Sequence record: MW825358.1
Reading direction: 5' to 3' (one strand)
DNA length: 64,000 nucleotides
Below the pieces are notes generated by a model. That model ran no database searches. It was not told the DNA's origin and saw nothing but the letters and a program-made list of their open reading frames with translations. This document shows positions 54,116-63,605 of this stretch, piece by piece. Positions within the stretch are counted from its first letter, which is position 1; each line of letters opens with the position of its first letter. The translations under genes and the position numbers were made by a program.

Positions 54116-55012
54116 ATGCATCAGTCCCCTGAATTTATCGCCCTGCTGAGCACCACCAAACTCCATGTGCACGAACAAGGCGTGTTCGGTGAAGACGTCA
54201 AGATCGGCTACACCGAAGGCCTGCTGGGCCCGCTGGGGTATGAACTGGTGGCCGCCGGATATGAGATCAAGTTGGAGGATCTGATTCATCAGGCCCTGCT
54301 CTTGCTCAACCCCGATCCGACCGCATACCTGGCCATTCCCCTGCCCGATGAAATCCTGGAAAGTTTGGACTTGCAGGATGATGACCTGCGCCAGTTCGCC
54401 TTTCGCGTGGAGACCGAAGGTAAGGTCCACCTGGAGTGGGCCGGTGGGGTGGCCCTGATTCCCGACGACCTGATCGGCGATGCACTGCAAGGCGCCGTCA
54501 AAGTGGCCGAGGATGAAATCCGGGCCAAACTCGATGTCCATCGCACACAGGTCAAACAGCGCATTGCCAGTCATGGCTTTGCGGTGATCGCCACGGACAA
54601 TGGTGGTGAGGAACCTTCGTTTGCTTATTCGGTCGGTCTTTCCAATATCGGCTTTCCGGAACTGCTGTTCATTGCGAACTTGGGTGCTGAAACCTTAGGG
54701 CAGCTGACGCAGTATATCAGTGAGTATCTGCTGGATCTGCACAAGCAGGGTAAGTCCTTTGCGACCCTGGAGATCCCGGAGATGATCCAGGCCAGCAACG
54801 GCGAGCAGGAAGTGGCCCTGTCTGTGCGTGTACGGCTCGTCGATGCCAACCAAGCACAAGCCTACATCTTGCAAGCCGAGCCCATTCTGGGCAAGCCTGT
54901 GGGCGCTGTGGCCCAGATCGTGCTCTCCGATGCGCAAGCTCGGTTCCCTGATGATGACGGGTTTGAGAACCTGTACAATCAGGTTCTGTTGACCAAACAT
55001 TCTGTTAATTGA
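54116..55012 (+). CDS. protein with a C-terminal DUF4262-like domain
   Basis: RIASHGFAVI..PSFAYSVGL..GFPELLFI..QIVLSDAQARFP. Confidence 0.6.
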   Translation: MHQSPEFIALLSTTKLHVHEQGVFGEDVKIGYTEGLLGPLGYELVAAGYEIKLEDLIHQALLLLNPDPTAYLAIPLPDEILESLDLQDDDLRQFAFRVETEGKVHLEWAGGVALIPDDLIGDALQGAVKVAEDEIRAKLDVHRTQVKQRIASHGFAVIATDNGGEEPSFAYSVGLSNIGFPELLFIANLGAETLGQLTQYISEYLLDLHKQGKSFATLEIPEMIQASNGEQEVALSVRVRLVDANQAQAYILQAEPILGKPVGAVAQIVLSDAQARFPDDDGFENLYNQVLLTKHSVN

Positions 55013-55019
55013 GGACATT

Positions 55020-55202
55020 ATGGACACTGAGCAACGTACTTACGTGGCCACGTTCTACTTTGGTAACCGGGGCCAGGGTATATCCAGTAGTTGGGAAGAA
55101 GAAACCCAGGCGATGAGTTTGGAGCATGCGCAAGAGTGGGCGCGCAAGCAAGCGGCCGGTCATCCAGACAAGCATCTGGACAGCGTAAGGCTGAAAGACT
55201 AA
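55020..55202 (+). CDS. hypothetical protein
   Basis: GAGGA SD; 60 aa. Confidence 0.55.
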   Translation: MDTEQRTYVATFYFGNRGQGISSSWEEETQAMSLEHAQEWARKQAAGHPDKHLDSVRLKD

Positions 55203-55227
55203 TCAGCCACTTAGGTAACAACGACAA

Positions 55228-55266
55228 CATAAGCCCCCTGCCCATTACGGGCAGGGGGCAATATGC
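55228..55266. terminator. bidirectional CATA-hairpin-TATG element between convergent genes
   Basis: cataa-gccccctgccc-attac-gggcagggggc-aatatgc. Confidence 0.7.
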
Positions 55267-55287
55267 TGCTGATCTTTTCTTTTTTGT

Positions 55288-55638
55288 TTACGTCAACCAA
55301 ACTAGGTAACTCACGACAAACACATACACCAACAGCATCAATCCTTCGCACTGCAGATGCCTGCTTAGAAGTTTGCGCAACGGCGCCTCTCGTTCCAACA
55401 TTGTTGTCGGGATCAAGCCAGCCAGCTCGATCAGCAAAGCCACCAGCGCCACGTTCAGTGGATACTTGCTTAGCACATAAAGAGACCCCGCCATCTCTGC
55501 CAAACATTGACATAGCAAGGCGAACAGCCAAAATCGATAATTACCGCGCCGGGAGGCGCTGTAACCAAAGTCGATTACGTGGGCCAACAATCCATGCTTA
55601 AGCAAGAGGAGACCTAGCAATCCAGCCCCTGTCATCAC
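55288..55638 (-). CDS. small multi-TM membrane protein
   Basis: AGGAG SD; 3-4 hydrophobic helices; LLLLKH..DF weakly DUF3307-like. Confidence 0.55.
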   Translation of the reverse strand: MMTGAGLLGLLLLKHGLLAHVIDFGYSASRRGNYRFWLFALLCQCLAEMAGSLYVLSKYPLNVALVALLIELAGLIPTTMLEREAPLRKLLSRHLQCEGLMLLVYVFVVSYLVWLT

Positions 55639-55742
55639 TAGCTCCTAGTAGATCATTGGCCAATCGGGAGGATGGGCACTCTAGCTATCAATCTACATAG
55701 AATGAGCGGCATAACGAGGGGGACCGATGGTCCCCCTCGGGT

Positions 55743-57341
55743 TTATGACGGCAGACCCAACTCGCTCCCGCTGGGGGCAAACCAGGGGTTCTCATCTTCA
55801 CTACCCACCGGACCACCACCGGGTGTCTTGCGTGAACTATCGGCCTTGCCCAAGTCATCGCGCACCGCACCTGCCGGATAGAACGGCAACACGGTATAAC
55901 GGTACTTGATGGGCGTGTCCTTAGGTTTACGATGTTTACCGCGTTGGATGGTCAAGAACGAATCGCCATTGACCACTTCCTTGTGGATGAAGATTTCCAG
56001 ATCCACTTCCTGGTCGATCGTACCGCAGCTATCGTAGTAACCCTTACCCTCCAGATGCTTGACAAATTCATTCACACCCGCACGGGTCATCTTCTTTGCA
56101 TCGGTAGACAACTGTGCCGGGGTGATAAAGGTCACACCACGCGGGGCCATGAAGTTACGCACACGGCGGAACAGATCACGCACCTCAGAGCCGGTGGGAC
56201 CACCTTGTAAGCAACCGACCTTGGAGATCATGTTCAAATAGTCAAAGACAATGGCATGGATCTCATAGCCCTGTGCCTCGTACTGAGTGACCATGTCGCA
56301 GATGGACTGGTAGGTCGTGTTGGACGGATCGCAACGTCCCATCTCCACGTGGTAGCCATTGACCGACATACGCGTGGCGATGTATTCCTGCGCCCGGGCG
56401 ATATTGGCCTTGCGCACGTCCTCGGGGATATTGGGATCTTTGAACTGGCTGTCATCCACTTCCTGAAGGGTCTCGTTCTCCTTCAGCGAAATGTACAGCT
56501 GCACGATGTTCATGTGCAGTTCGTTTTCTGCCGAGATATGCAAGAGCAAGGGCTTCTTGGTGGGATCTCGCATATGTGGCTTGTTATACAGCGCCAGGTG
56601 CTTGAAGATGTTCAGCGTAAAGCCGGTCTTCCATTGGTGCTGCAGAGCGCCGATCAAGACAAACTCACCGCGACGGAATCCACCGTGATCGCCGAGCATC
56701 CGGTTGATGGCCTGGTAGCCAGTCTTCAAGATACCATCTAGCGAGGTTTCCTCAGCCGCTCGTTGGAACATGTACTGCACCCCTTCCACATCAGAGAGGC
56801 TGACCATGTTCAACATACCCGCTACTTTGAACTCCTCAGAGGCGGAGTTGCGGTAGGGTTCGAGCTTGTTATTCATCTCATTGATGATGTTGCGCCAGTC
56901 CACCTGCTCGGGTCGAAAGTTCACCTGAGAGGAGTACTGCTTCAGAATCTCCTTAATCTGAGTCTGATTGATATGATCACGCAACTCGCAGCGCAGCTGA
57001 ATGCACTGCCTCTTAAGGACAGGCAGTTCGACGTTCTCATCGACTGCTTGCTCGAAGGCATAGTACAAGCCTTCTTCATCCGCCGTGTTGATTCGTACAC
57101 GCTGCAAGATGCTGCTACGATCGATCTCCTCACCCGGTGGGGTATCAGACATCCACAGCACCGTCGTGCGCAACGTTTGAAGGACTTCTCGGGTATTGTC
57201 AAAGCCGCCTGAAGATTCCGGCACCTTGATTGTCTCGATCAGTTCTTTAACGAGATTGGCGGAGTGGACCGTGGGGTCTTTGAGCTGCCCTTCTTTGAAG
57301 AGCAGCGTTGCCATCTTGACCAAAAGCAGTTTCGGGTCCAT
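55743..57341 (-). CDS. dnaB: DnaB-like replicative helicase (phiKZ gp118-like)
   Basis: TGYQAINRMLG..GFRRGEFVLIGALQHQWKT, ISAEN, FDYLNM, TPAQL, DQEVDL, QRGKHR; lies next to the capsid gene as in phiKZ. Confidence 0.85.
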   Translation of the reverse strand: MDPKLLLVKMATLLFKEGQLKDPTVHSANLVKELIETIKVPESSGGFDNTREVLQTLRTTVLWMSDTPPGEEIDRSSILQRVRINTADEEGLYYAFEQAVDENVELPVLKRQCIQLRCELRDHINQTQIKEILKQYSSQVNFRPEQVDWRNIINEMNNKLEPYRNSASEEFKVAGMLNMVSLSDVEGVQYMFQRAAEETSLDGILKTGYQAINRMLGDHGGFRRGEFVLIGALQHQWKTGFTLNIFKHLALYNKPHMRDPTKKPLLLHISAENELHMNIVQLYISLKENETLQEVDDSQFKDPNIPEDVRKANIARAQEYIATRMSVNGYHVEMGRCDPSNTTYQSICDMVTQYEAQGYEIHAIVFDYLNMISKVGCLQGGPTGSEVRDLFRRVRNFMAPRGVTFITPAQLSTDAKKMTRAGVNEFVKHLEGKGYYDSCGTIDQEVDLEIFIHKEVVNGDSFLTIQRGKHRKPKDTPIKYRYTVLPFYPAGAVRDDLGKADSSRKTPGGGPVGSEDENPWFAPSGSELGLPS

Positions 57342-57372
57342 TTCTTATCCAAACCAAAATAGGGTTTTCATT

Positions 57373-57903
57373 ATGAAAATTGTCTACATCCCTCAGCAGT
57401 TGTACCCTGCGCTCAAGAAGGCGGACCTTCGTTCGCAAGACTTGTGCAACGTTGATAAGCTGATGGGCACACTATCTGCGGACGACGTAGCTTTTTATTT
57501 CTGGGCTAATGACAAGGCCAACTGCCCCATTCCCAAGCCGCTGCAAGAATTCCTGCCCAACCTGATCTTCGGCGGAGTGATGCCCTTTACCGATACCGCG
57601 GCCTCCAAGTCGCTGCTGGGGAAGTTCAATCACTTGAAAATTCACGGTGCCGCTGCTGCACTGTATGAGAATGATGCAATCCTTACCAGTGATTGTATGG
57701 AAGAAGATCTGCTTATCATCACTCACACAGCCGCGTCCGACGCTGTCGCGGGTGAAAAGTCAGCCAAAGAGAGTACGGTATTCTATGACCGTATTATCCA
57801 GCAGCTGCTGGTTTTCCTTCCTGCCTCTGTCGTCCTGGGTTCGCCCGTTCTGCTGGGTTGGATGAAGTCGGTACAAACTGACGCGAAGCTCCCCAACGCG
57901 TAG
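57373..57903 (+). CDS. hypothetical protein between helicase and capsid gene
   Basis: Divergent from dnaB with a 31-bp gap; track start 57196 overlaps dnaB. Confidence 0.7.
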   Translation: MKIVYIPQQLYPALKKADLRSQDLCNVDKLMGTLSADDVAFYFWANDKANCPIPKPLQEFLPNLIFGGVMPFTDTAASKSLLGKFNHLKIHGAAAALYENDAILTSDCMEEDLLIITHTAASDAVAGEKSAKESTVFYDRIIQQLLVFLPASVVLGSPVLLGWMKSVQTDAKLPNA

Positions 57904-58152
57904 GTTTTAAAATTTGCCGTAAAACAATGCCTAATGATTTGGTAGTATTTTCTACCGGGGTTGAGCCCGAGCTGTCTATGAATACTTACTTGAGTACGTA
58001 TTTACGCACTTGCGCACTCCCCTCATTAGAGAGTGGTGGTCTAACGACTGCTCGCCCCGGTGGGCGGCAAGCCTAGGACCCCATCATTAGTTTAGCGGTG
58101 GGGAATAGGCTACTACTGCTGCCCTTACAAAACACACTCAAGGAACAAAGAA

Positions 58153-60420
58153 ATGGCTCTTCGTCTGAAAGCTGCCAAGTCGGCCCCGCTGTCCCAGCTG
58201 GCTGCCAACCTGCGCACCACCATCCTGGCCTCGGGTTCTGACCTGATTTCGGCCGGCACCACCAAGAACCTGCTGGCCTCGATGGAATCCATCGGTCAGA
58301 TGGAAGCTGCAAACCTGCAGAACGAGTTTGAGGCTGTTCGCGATAACCTGCGTTCGCAGATCCAGGGCATCAAGGGTCTGTCCCGTTCGTTCGGTCTGGA
58401 GTCGGAAGGCTCGGCTGAAGAGCGCGAAGAGGCCCAGGCCCGCTTCGAGACCGCGCTGGACGCTGGCGCGATGGCTGCCATGGCTGCCGGTAATCCGGAA
58501 GCCTACGCGCAGGCCGCTTACCTGGGTCAGGCCCAGGCCGCCCCGGGCGTGACCATCGTCGACACGATGGCCTCCGACAGCGCCGCTGCCATGGACTACC
58601 GTCCGGCCGTGGCCATGGAAGCCTTCAACGACAAGGAACTGCGCGATCACCTGCCGTTCTCGATCCTGTTCAACATCTTCGCTTCGCGTCAGGACGACTT
58701 CTCCGAGATGTTCTTCCCGACGACCGTTGTCGCCCCGGACCAGGCTGGTCTGGACGTCACCGTTGCTCGCATGCAGGTCTTCAATGAAGTCCGTCACGCC
58801 GCTTCGGGTGCCAAGGTTGATTTCGGCAAGCGCAACCTGATCGACGCCGCTGTCGACTACACCATCCTGGCCGACGAGCACACCCGTCTGATCCCGGTCG
58901 TGCAGCCGGACGGTTCGAGCGACGACAAGTTCGTTGCCGACACCATCGTTGCCCCCTTCATGGAGAAGGTTGGTAAGTACGAAGTCCCGACCAGCGCTCT
59001 GGCCCTGGACAAGGACATCGACCTGATCGGTATTTCGCAGTACCAGCCGCTGCTGGGCGCTGGCGTGATCGATCACTCCGACGATGTGGACGCTCGCGTC
59101 TCCCTCGACAAGCTGTACCTCCAGGCCGGTTCCGGCGTGGCCGTGGCGTTCAACGTCAACCGTCTGGCCCGTAGCCAGTTCAACAAGACCGTGGAAGGCA
59201 ACAGCCGTCTGCTGGGTCTGCAGTTCACCTCGACCGATCTGGTCATCGACAAGGACAGCAAGGCGATCGACGGCTCGGCCGTGACCGCGTTCGCTGGTAT
59301 CGTCTCGGGCAAGTACACCGTGCGTCTGTCGGTGAACGTCTCGGGTGAGCTGAACGTTGAGTTCGGTAACGTCAAGGTGTGGGCTGCCTCGGTTTCCGTG
59401 GCTTCCATCCAGGACGAGAACGGCAACAGCGTTCCGACCTCCGGTGGCGCTGGCGCCGCTGTGGTCACCGCTCTGGCCGGTCTGAAGATCGTCGGTTACA
59501 CCCTGCGTGCCAACCGCACCAACGCCAACCGTCGTACCCGTGGCCACCTGCTGGACACCGTGTATGAAACCCAGCGTTACACCATCCCGCTCGGCTCGCC
59601 GCTGTCGATCACCTCGCCGGTCACCGGTGACGGTTCGCGCGACGCTGCTGACCAGAAGGCCCTGATCGCTGCCGCTCGTATGCGCAACAGCAACAACGCG
59701 GTCACCGCGCTGTTCGCCATTGCCGACCAGCTGCGTGAAGCGACCCGTGGTCCGAAGCTGCCGGCGGGTGAAGTGTCCGGTGTGGGCGGCCTGGGCCGCT
59801 TCCTGGTCGATCCGTTCTTCGAAGAGCACGATCTGGATCTGGTCGAGAGCATCAACTCGATCAAGTCGCAGGACCGCGCCTACGACATCTCGGCCGTGCT
59901 GGTTTCGGCGATCCGTGATATCGCCTACCGCATGTACCAGAGCACCAAGATCCAGCCTGCGATCGATGCGCTGACCGGCGTTGCCGGCGAAGCCCCGGTC
60001 CTGCTGGTGGGTACCGACCAGGTCCTGATCCGTCACCTGCTGGTGAACGGTGACAGCCGTACCTTCGGCACCGTGTTCGACAAGGCCATCGTCAAGGCTT
60101 CCGTTGACCGTCGCGTCTACAACAAGATCTTCATCTCGTTGAGCCGTGCTGGTGCGGAAGGTCCGGACCCGCTGACCTTCGGTACCCATGGTTGGATGTC
60201 CGAGCTGATCGCGACCATGCCGATCAGCCGCAACGGCCAGACCTCGAAGGAAGCGACTGTCCAGCCGCGTACCCTGCACATCAACAACATGCCGGTCCTG
60301 GCGATCATCAACGTCAAGGGTCTGTCGAAGGTTCTGGTCGATAAGACCGCGACCCCGGCTCTGACCAGCGCTGGTGTGGCCAACGTGTACCTGGACGGCC
60401 TGAAGTACCCGACCCCGTAA
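58153..60420 (+). CDS. major capsid protein precursor (phiKZ gp120-like)
   Basis: 755 aa, AMEAFNDKELR..ASRQDDFSEMFFPT motif of phiKZ-like capsid proteins; strongest codon bias in the window; dnaB-capsid-RNAP synteny; two downstream hairpins. Confidence 0.88.
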   Translation: MALRLKAAKSAPLSQLAANLRTTILASGSDLISAGTTKNLLASMESIGQMEAANLQNEFEAVRDNLRSQIQGIKGLSRSFGLESEGSAEEREEAQARFETALDAGAMAAMAAGNPEAYAQAAYLGQAQAAPGVTIVDTMASDSAAAMDYRPAVAMEAFNDKELRDHLPFSILFNIFASRQDDFSEMFFPTTVVAPDQAGLDVTVARMQVFNEVRHAASGAKVDFGKRNLIDAAVDYTILADEHTRLIPVVQPDGSSDDKFVADTIVAPFMEKVGKYEVPTSALALDKDIDLIGISQYQPLLGAGVIDHSDDVDARVSLDKLYLQAGSGVAVAFNVNRLARSQFNKTVEGNSRLLGLQFTSTDLVIDKDSKAIDGSAVTAFAGIVSGKYTVRLSVNVSGELNVEFGNVKVWAASVSVASIQDENGNSVPTSGGAGAAVVTALAGLKIVGYTLRANRTNANRRTRGHLLDTVYETQRYTIPLGSPLSITSPVTGDGSRDAADQKALIAAARMRNSNNAVTALFAIADQLREATRGPKLPAGEVSGVGGLGRFLVDPFFEEHDLDLVESINSIKSQDRAYDISAVLVSAIRDIAYRMYQSTKIQPAIDALTGVAGEAPVLLVGTDQVLIRHLLVNGDSRTFGTVFDKAIVKASVDRRVYNKIFISLSRAGAEGPDPLTFGTHGWMSELIATMPISRNGQTSKEATVQPRTLHINNMPVLAIINVKGLSKVLVDKTATPALTSAGVANVYLDGLKYPTP

Positions 60421-60474
60421 TTGGGGCAGGTGCTTAGCGCAAAGCGTTAAAACAGTAGTAGCCTACTGTTCAGA

Positions 60475-60561
60475 AGCTGCCCCGCCTTCGGGCGGGGCAG
60501 TGGTTTTGCGTGGCATAACAGATTAGGCCAGACCGCTTTCGGGCGGTCTGGCTTTTATGCC
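60475..60561 (+). terminator. double hairpin after the major capsid gene
   Basis: ctgccccgcc-ttcg-ggcggggcag, then ggcataa..gccagaccgct-ttcg-ggcggtctggc-ttttatgcc. Confidence 0.7.
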
Positions 60562-60658
60562 GCCTAGTCGGTTCAAAGATAAATCAAACGCATACCATCT
60601 AAGAGTACACCCGTCAACGGATGTGCTTTCCTTACCACCCAGAGAACCAGTAATTTCA

Positions 60659-61864
60659 ATGGGCCATCATACTCAACAACGACCACGCATCTTTCGAACC
60701 GAGGTCGTCCCCGTCCAGGCAGGAGGGGAGATCCTCGACCCCCGCTCGGCGGAGTTGGGGTTTCAGTTCATCAACCATCTGCACCGTCCAGTGACTGTGG
60801 TCACACGAACCGGCTTTCGGATCGTGATACCGCACTCTGGTCCTCCTCGTTTCCAAACGCTTAAGGACAAGCGACGTGTCCCGGGTGATCCGTACTTTAT
60901 CATCCGTACCCGGCTGACGGCACAGCCTGAGGTAATTCTTGACACAAGCGAGCTATCCAATGATGCAGGACATCAGTCTACTATTGAGTCTCAGGCCTAC
61001 CTGAACTCAGTGGTCATCATGGAAAATGCCCGCCGTCTGGGTCCTTCCCACACAGCCTGTGTGGAGTACCGGATTCCAGCGGAGGACTTTGATAGCAACG
61101 GAGGAGTCCTGCATCTGCAGAACATTGACCTGCTGGTCAGTATTCTCGATCAGGCCACCACCCCGCCACACCCCTACTCCTTACTCGGAGTGCGAAATCG
61201 AGACGCCGATGAGTTTCAACAGGAGCAGGAAAAAGTTGGGGTCTTTTATGGCGTTTATATCCGTGATAAGGACGGTGGCTTTGGCCAGCGTTACTTAAAC
61301 ATCAATGGTGAGGTCTTCGGCGTTCCTGTCCGTAACGAACCAAGTGATGAGCGAGATGGCGTCTATCGCGTGTGTAATGGCAAGGCCAATTCAGGGTACA
61401 TCCACCGTCGCACGATTGTGGAGTATTACAACTTTGAAGAGGCCGATGAGAAGCTGGGGTTGTACCAGACCTATCGTGATGCCTTTGCACTAGGGAATCC
61501 TCAGGAGAAATCCAAGCGCGATTATGAAGAGCGCAGCCAGCAACTCAAGCTCGATGAACTTGAGTACCGCAATCAAAAGGCTGCCTCGGAGGCAAGAGTC
61601 GATGCAGAGAAAGAACGCATGCGCATGGAGATGCTGCACTTTGAACAGCAGCAGCGCAAGATTGATCACTTAAACCGAATGATCGGAGCTGAACTTGATC
61701 GCCGTGACCAACACCATCGTCGAGAGATGCAGGTGCTGAAGGAGATCTTGGAGGCGCGCGGACACGAGCGCCGTGAGGCTGGGGAATTGATCAAACTCAT
61801 TCCCTCTGTGGTCACGACCGTTGCCCTGTACGTGGCAGCGATCAAGAAACTGAAATCGTTATAA
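60659..61864 (+). CDS. conserved phiKZ-like hypothetical protein with C-terminal coiled coil
   Basis: Lies between the capsid and RNAP genes; the track start 60557 is the TATG of a hairpin element. Confidence 0.7.
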   Translation: MGHHTQQRPRIFRTEVVPVQAGGEILDPRSAELGFQFINHLHRPVTVVTRTGFRIVIPHSGPPRFQTLKDKRRVPGDPYFIIRTRLTAQPEVILDTSELSNDAGHQSTIESQAYLNSVVIMENARRLGPSHTACVEYRIPAEDFDSNGGVLHLQNIDLLVSILDQATTPPHPYSLLGVRNRDADEFQQEQEKVGVFYGVYIRDKDGGFGQRYLNINGEVFGVPVRNEPSDERDGVYRVCNGKANSGYIHRRTIVEYYNFEEADEKLGLYQTYRDAFALGNPQEKSKRDYEERSQQLKLDELEYRNQKAASEARVDAEKERMRMEMLHFEQQQRKIDHLNRMIGAELDRRDQHHRREMQVLKEILEARGHERREAGELIKLIPSVVTTVALYVAAIKKLKSL

Positions 61865-61883
61865 CTCCTAAAACGAGGATTCA

Positions 61884-63545
61884 ATGGACAAGTACTTGTT
61901 CGATCTGGTTGACCAGCGCATTCCCAAATTCAATCGAAGGATTGTGGAAGGTCTGGCCACGGAAGAGATGCGCCATGTCGAGGCGTATATTGACCAGATT
62001 TGCCGGACCGCTACCGCCGAGCTGGCGCCGGAGCTGATCTACAAAGGACTGGTGCGTTGCACCCCCAAGGAAGAGTACCAAGAAGTGGTTCGCCGCTTTG
62101 GTGCACGCAACACCATCGAACATGCCCGCAGTGACATGTACATGGTCAAGCTGATGTTTGACCTGCACGGAGAACCCCTCCCGCCCAGGCCCATCTATCT
62201 GCCATTCGTCCAACGGGGCGGGCTGATGGAAATGCGCGGCAGTATGTTCGCCATCTCCCCAGTCATGGCTGATAAGGCAATCTCGGTAGGACAGAACTTC
62301 ATCTTTATCCCGATGGCTTGGGACCGGATGAACTTCTACCGGGAAACGCAATACTTCTACGCCAACGAAGTCCAAGAAGTGGTGCAGGTGGTGTGGTCCA
62401 AGACCCATCACTACGATCGCAAGACGCGTCGGACCAATTCGAAACTGGACGTCAAGGCCAAGACCGTACTGCCCCATCACCTGTTTGCCAAATACGGTCT
62501 GACCCGCACCTTTGCGGAGATGGCCAATTCTCAGGTGGTGGTAGGCAGTGCTGCGGAAATCACCCCGGAACATTACCCGCCCAGCGAATGGGTGATCTGT
62601 CATTCCAATGCGGTCAAGCCGCGTGGCGTGCGCAATACTGCGTATGTGGCCTCGGACATCCGCATGGCGGTGCCCAAGGACAAGTGGACGGTACCCGACG
62701 AACGGGAAGGTAATAAAGGCAAGATGCGTCCCAATGAAGCCCTGCGCACGTTGGTGGCAGGATTCTTCTATATCGTCGATCACTTCCCCGAGCGCGTCAC
62801 GCCCGATGAAGTCGACGAGCCGCGCCTGTGGCGTGTGCTGATGGGCTATGTCATCTTCGGACCGGGGCAAAGCGAAGGTAAGTTGGCCGAGCAAGTCTCA
62901 GAGCACCTGGGCTCGCTGGACAACTATATCGAAACCCAAACGCGCAAGCGTCTGGAAGAGGTGGGTGTGTTTGTGGAGGACATCTATCAGCTGTTCATGC
63001 ATCTGATTGATAACTTCGATGAGCTGATCAAGGACAGCTACACCACCTTGCCCAGCAGCTACGGCAAGCGCTTGACGTGCCTGCCCTACACGCTGTCGGA
63101 CCTGACCTGGTCCATCCACCGCTTCATGTTCATGATCGATGCCCAGCGCAAGCGCAAGGCCCTCACCAAGGACGATGTCAACAAGACCTTCAACAAAACC
63201 TTAAAGACCAACACTGTGTTCAAGATGAACAAGCAGCACGGTGAAGTCAACCCGATTGCCATTTCGGGTGACAACATGTTCTTTAAGGGCACCTCCCATG
63301 TGGTGTTGCAAGAGTCTTCCTCTGCCGGCCGCACCAAGACCCGTACCTCCACGGATGATCCATCCAAGGTGCTGGATATCTCGGTGGCCGAAGCAGGCAG
63401 CTACAACACGATGTCCAAGGCCGAACCCACCGGTCGGTCCAAGATCAATCCGTGCACCCCGCTGTCTGCGGACAATGAGATCCAGGAGAACCCACTGCTG
63501 ATCGAGTTGACCCGCAGAGTCCAGTCCATGATTCAGCGTACTTAA
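61884..63545 (+). CDS. non-virion RNA polymerase beta-like subunit (phiKZ gp123-like)
   Basis: IPKFN..IVEGLA..YID, IYLPFV, LFAKYG, KRLTCLPY, PTGRSKINP; position after the capsid gene as in phiKZ. Confidence 0.75.
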   Translation: MDKYLFDLVDQRIPKFNRRIVEGLATEEMRHVEAYIDQICRTATAELAPELIYKGLVRCTPKEEYQEVVRRFGARNTIEHARSDMYMVKLMFDLHGEPLPPRPIYLPFVQRGGLMEMRGSMFAISPVMADKAISVGQNFIFIPMAWDRMNFYRETQYFYANEVQEVVQVVWSKTHHYDRKTRRTNSKLDVKAKTVLPHHLFAKYGLTRTFAEMANSQVVVGSAAEITPEHYPPSEWVICHSNAVKPRGVRNTAYVASDIRMAVPKDKWTVPDEREGNKGKMRPNEALRTLVAGFFYIVDHFPERVTPDEVDEPRLWRVLMGYVIFGPGQSEGKLAEQVSEHLGSLDNYIETQTRKRLEEVGVFVEDIYQLFMHLIDNFDELIKDSYTTLPSSYGKRLTCLPYTLSDLTWSIHRFMFMIDAQRKRKALTKDDVNKTFNKTLKTNTVFKMNKQHGEVNPIAISGDNMFFKGTSHVVLQESSSAGRTKTRTSTDDPSKVLDISVAEAGSYNTMSKAEPTGRSKINPCTPLSADNEIQENPLLIELTRRVQSMIQRT

Positions 63546-63605
63546 AATTCCTATCACCCGCCTGAAGGTGCCAAAGAGCACCGCCGCCTACGGAGACCTA
63601 GAAGA

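Noticed and set aside
58138-60279. 713-aa antisense ORF over the capsid gene, plus similar long shadows at 16698-17756, 34392-35498, 45768-46748, 51788-52801 and 61881-62894
   Set aside because: Shadow ORFs produced by strong G/C third-position bias of the real gene on the opposite strand; no motifs and no SD
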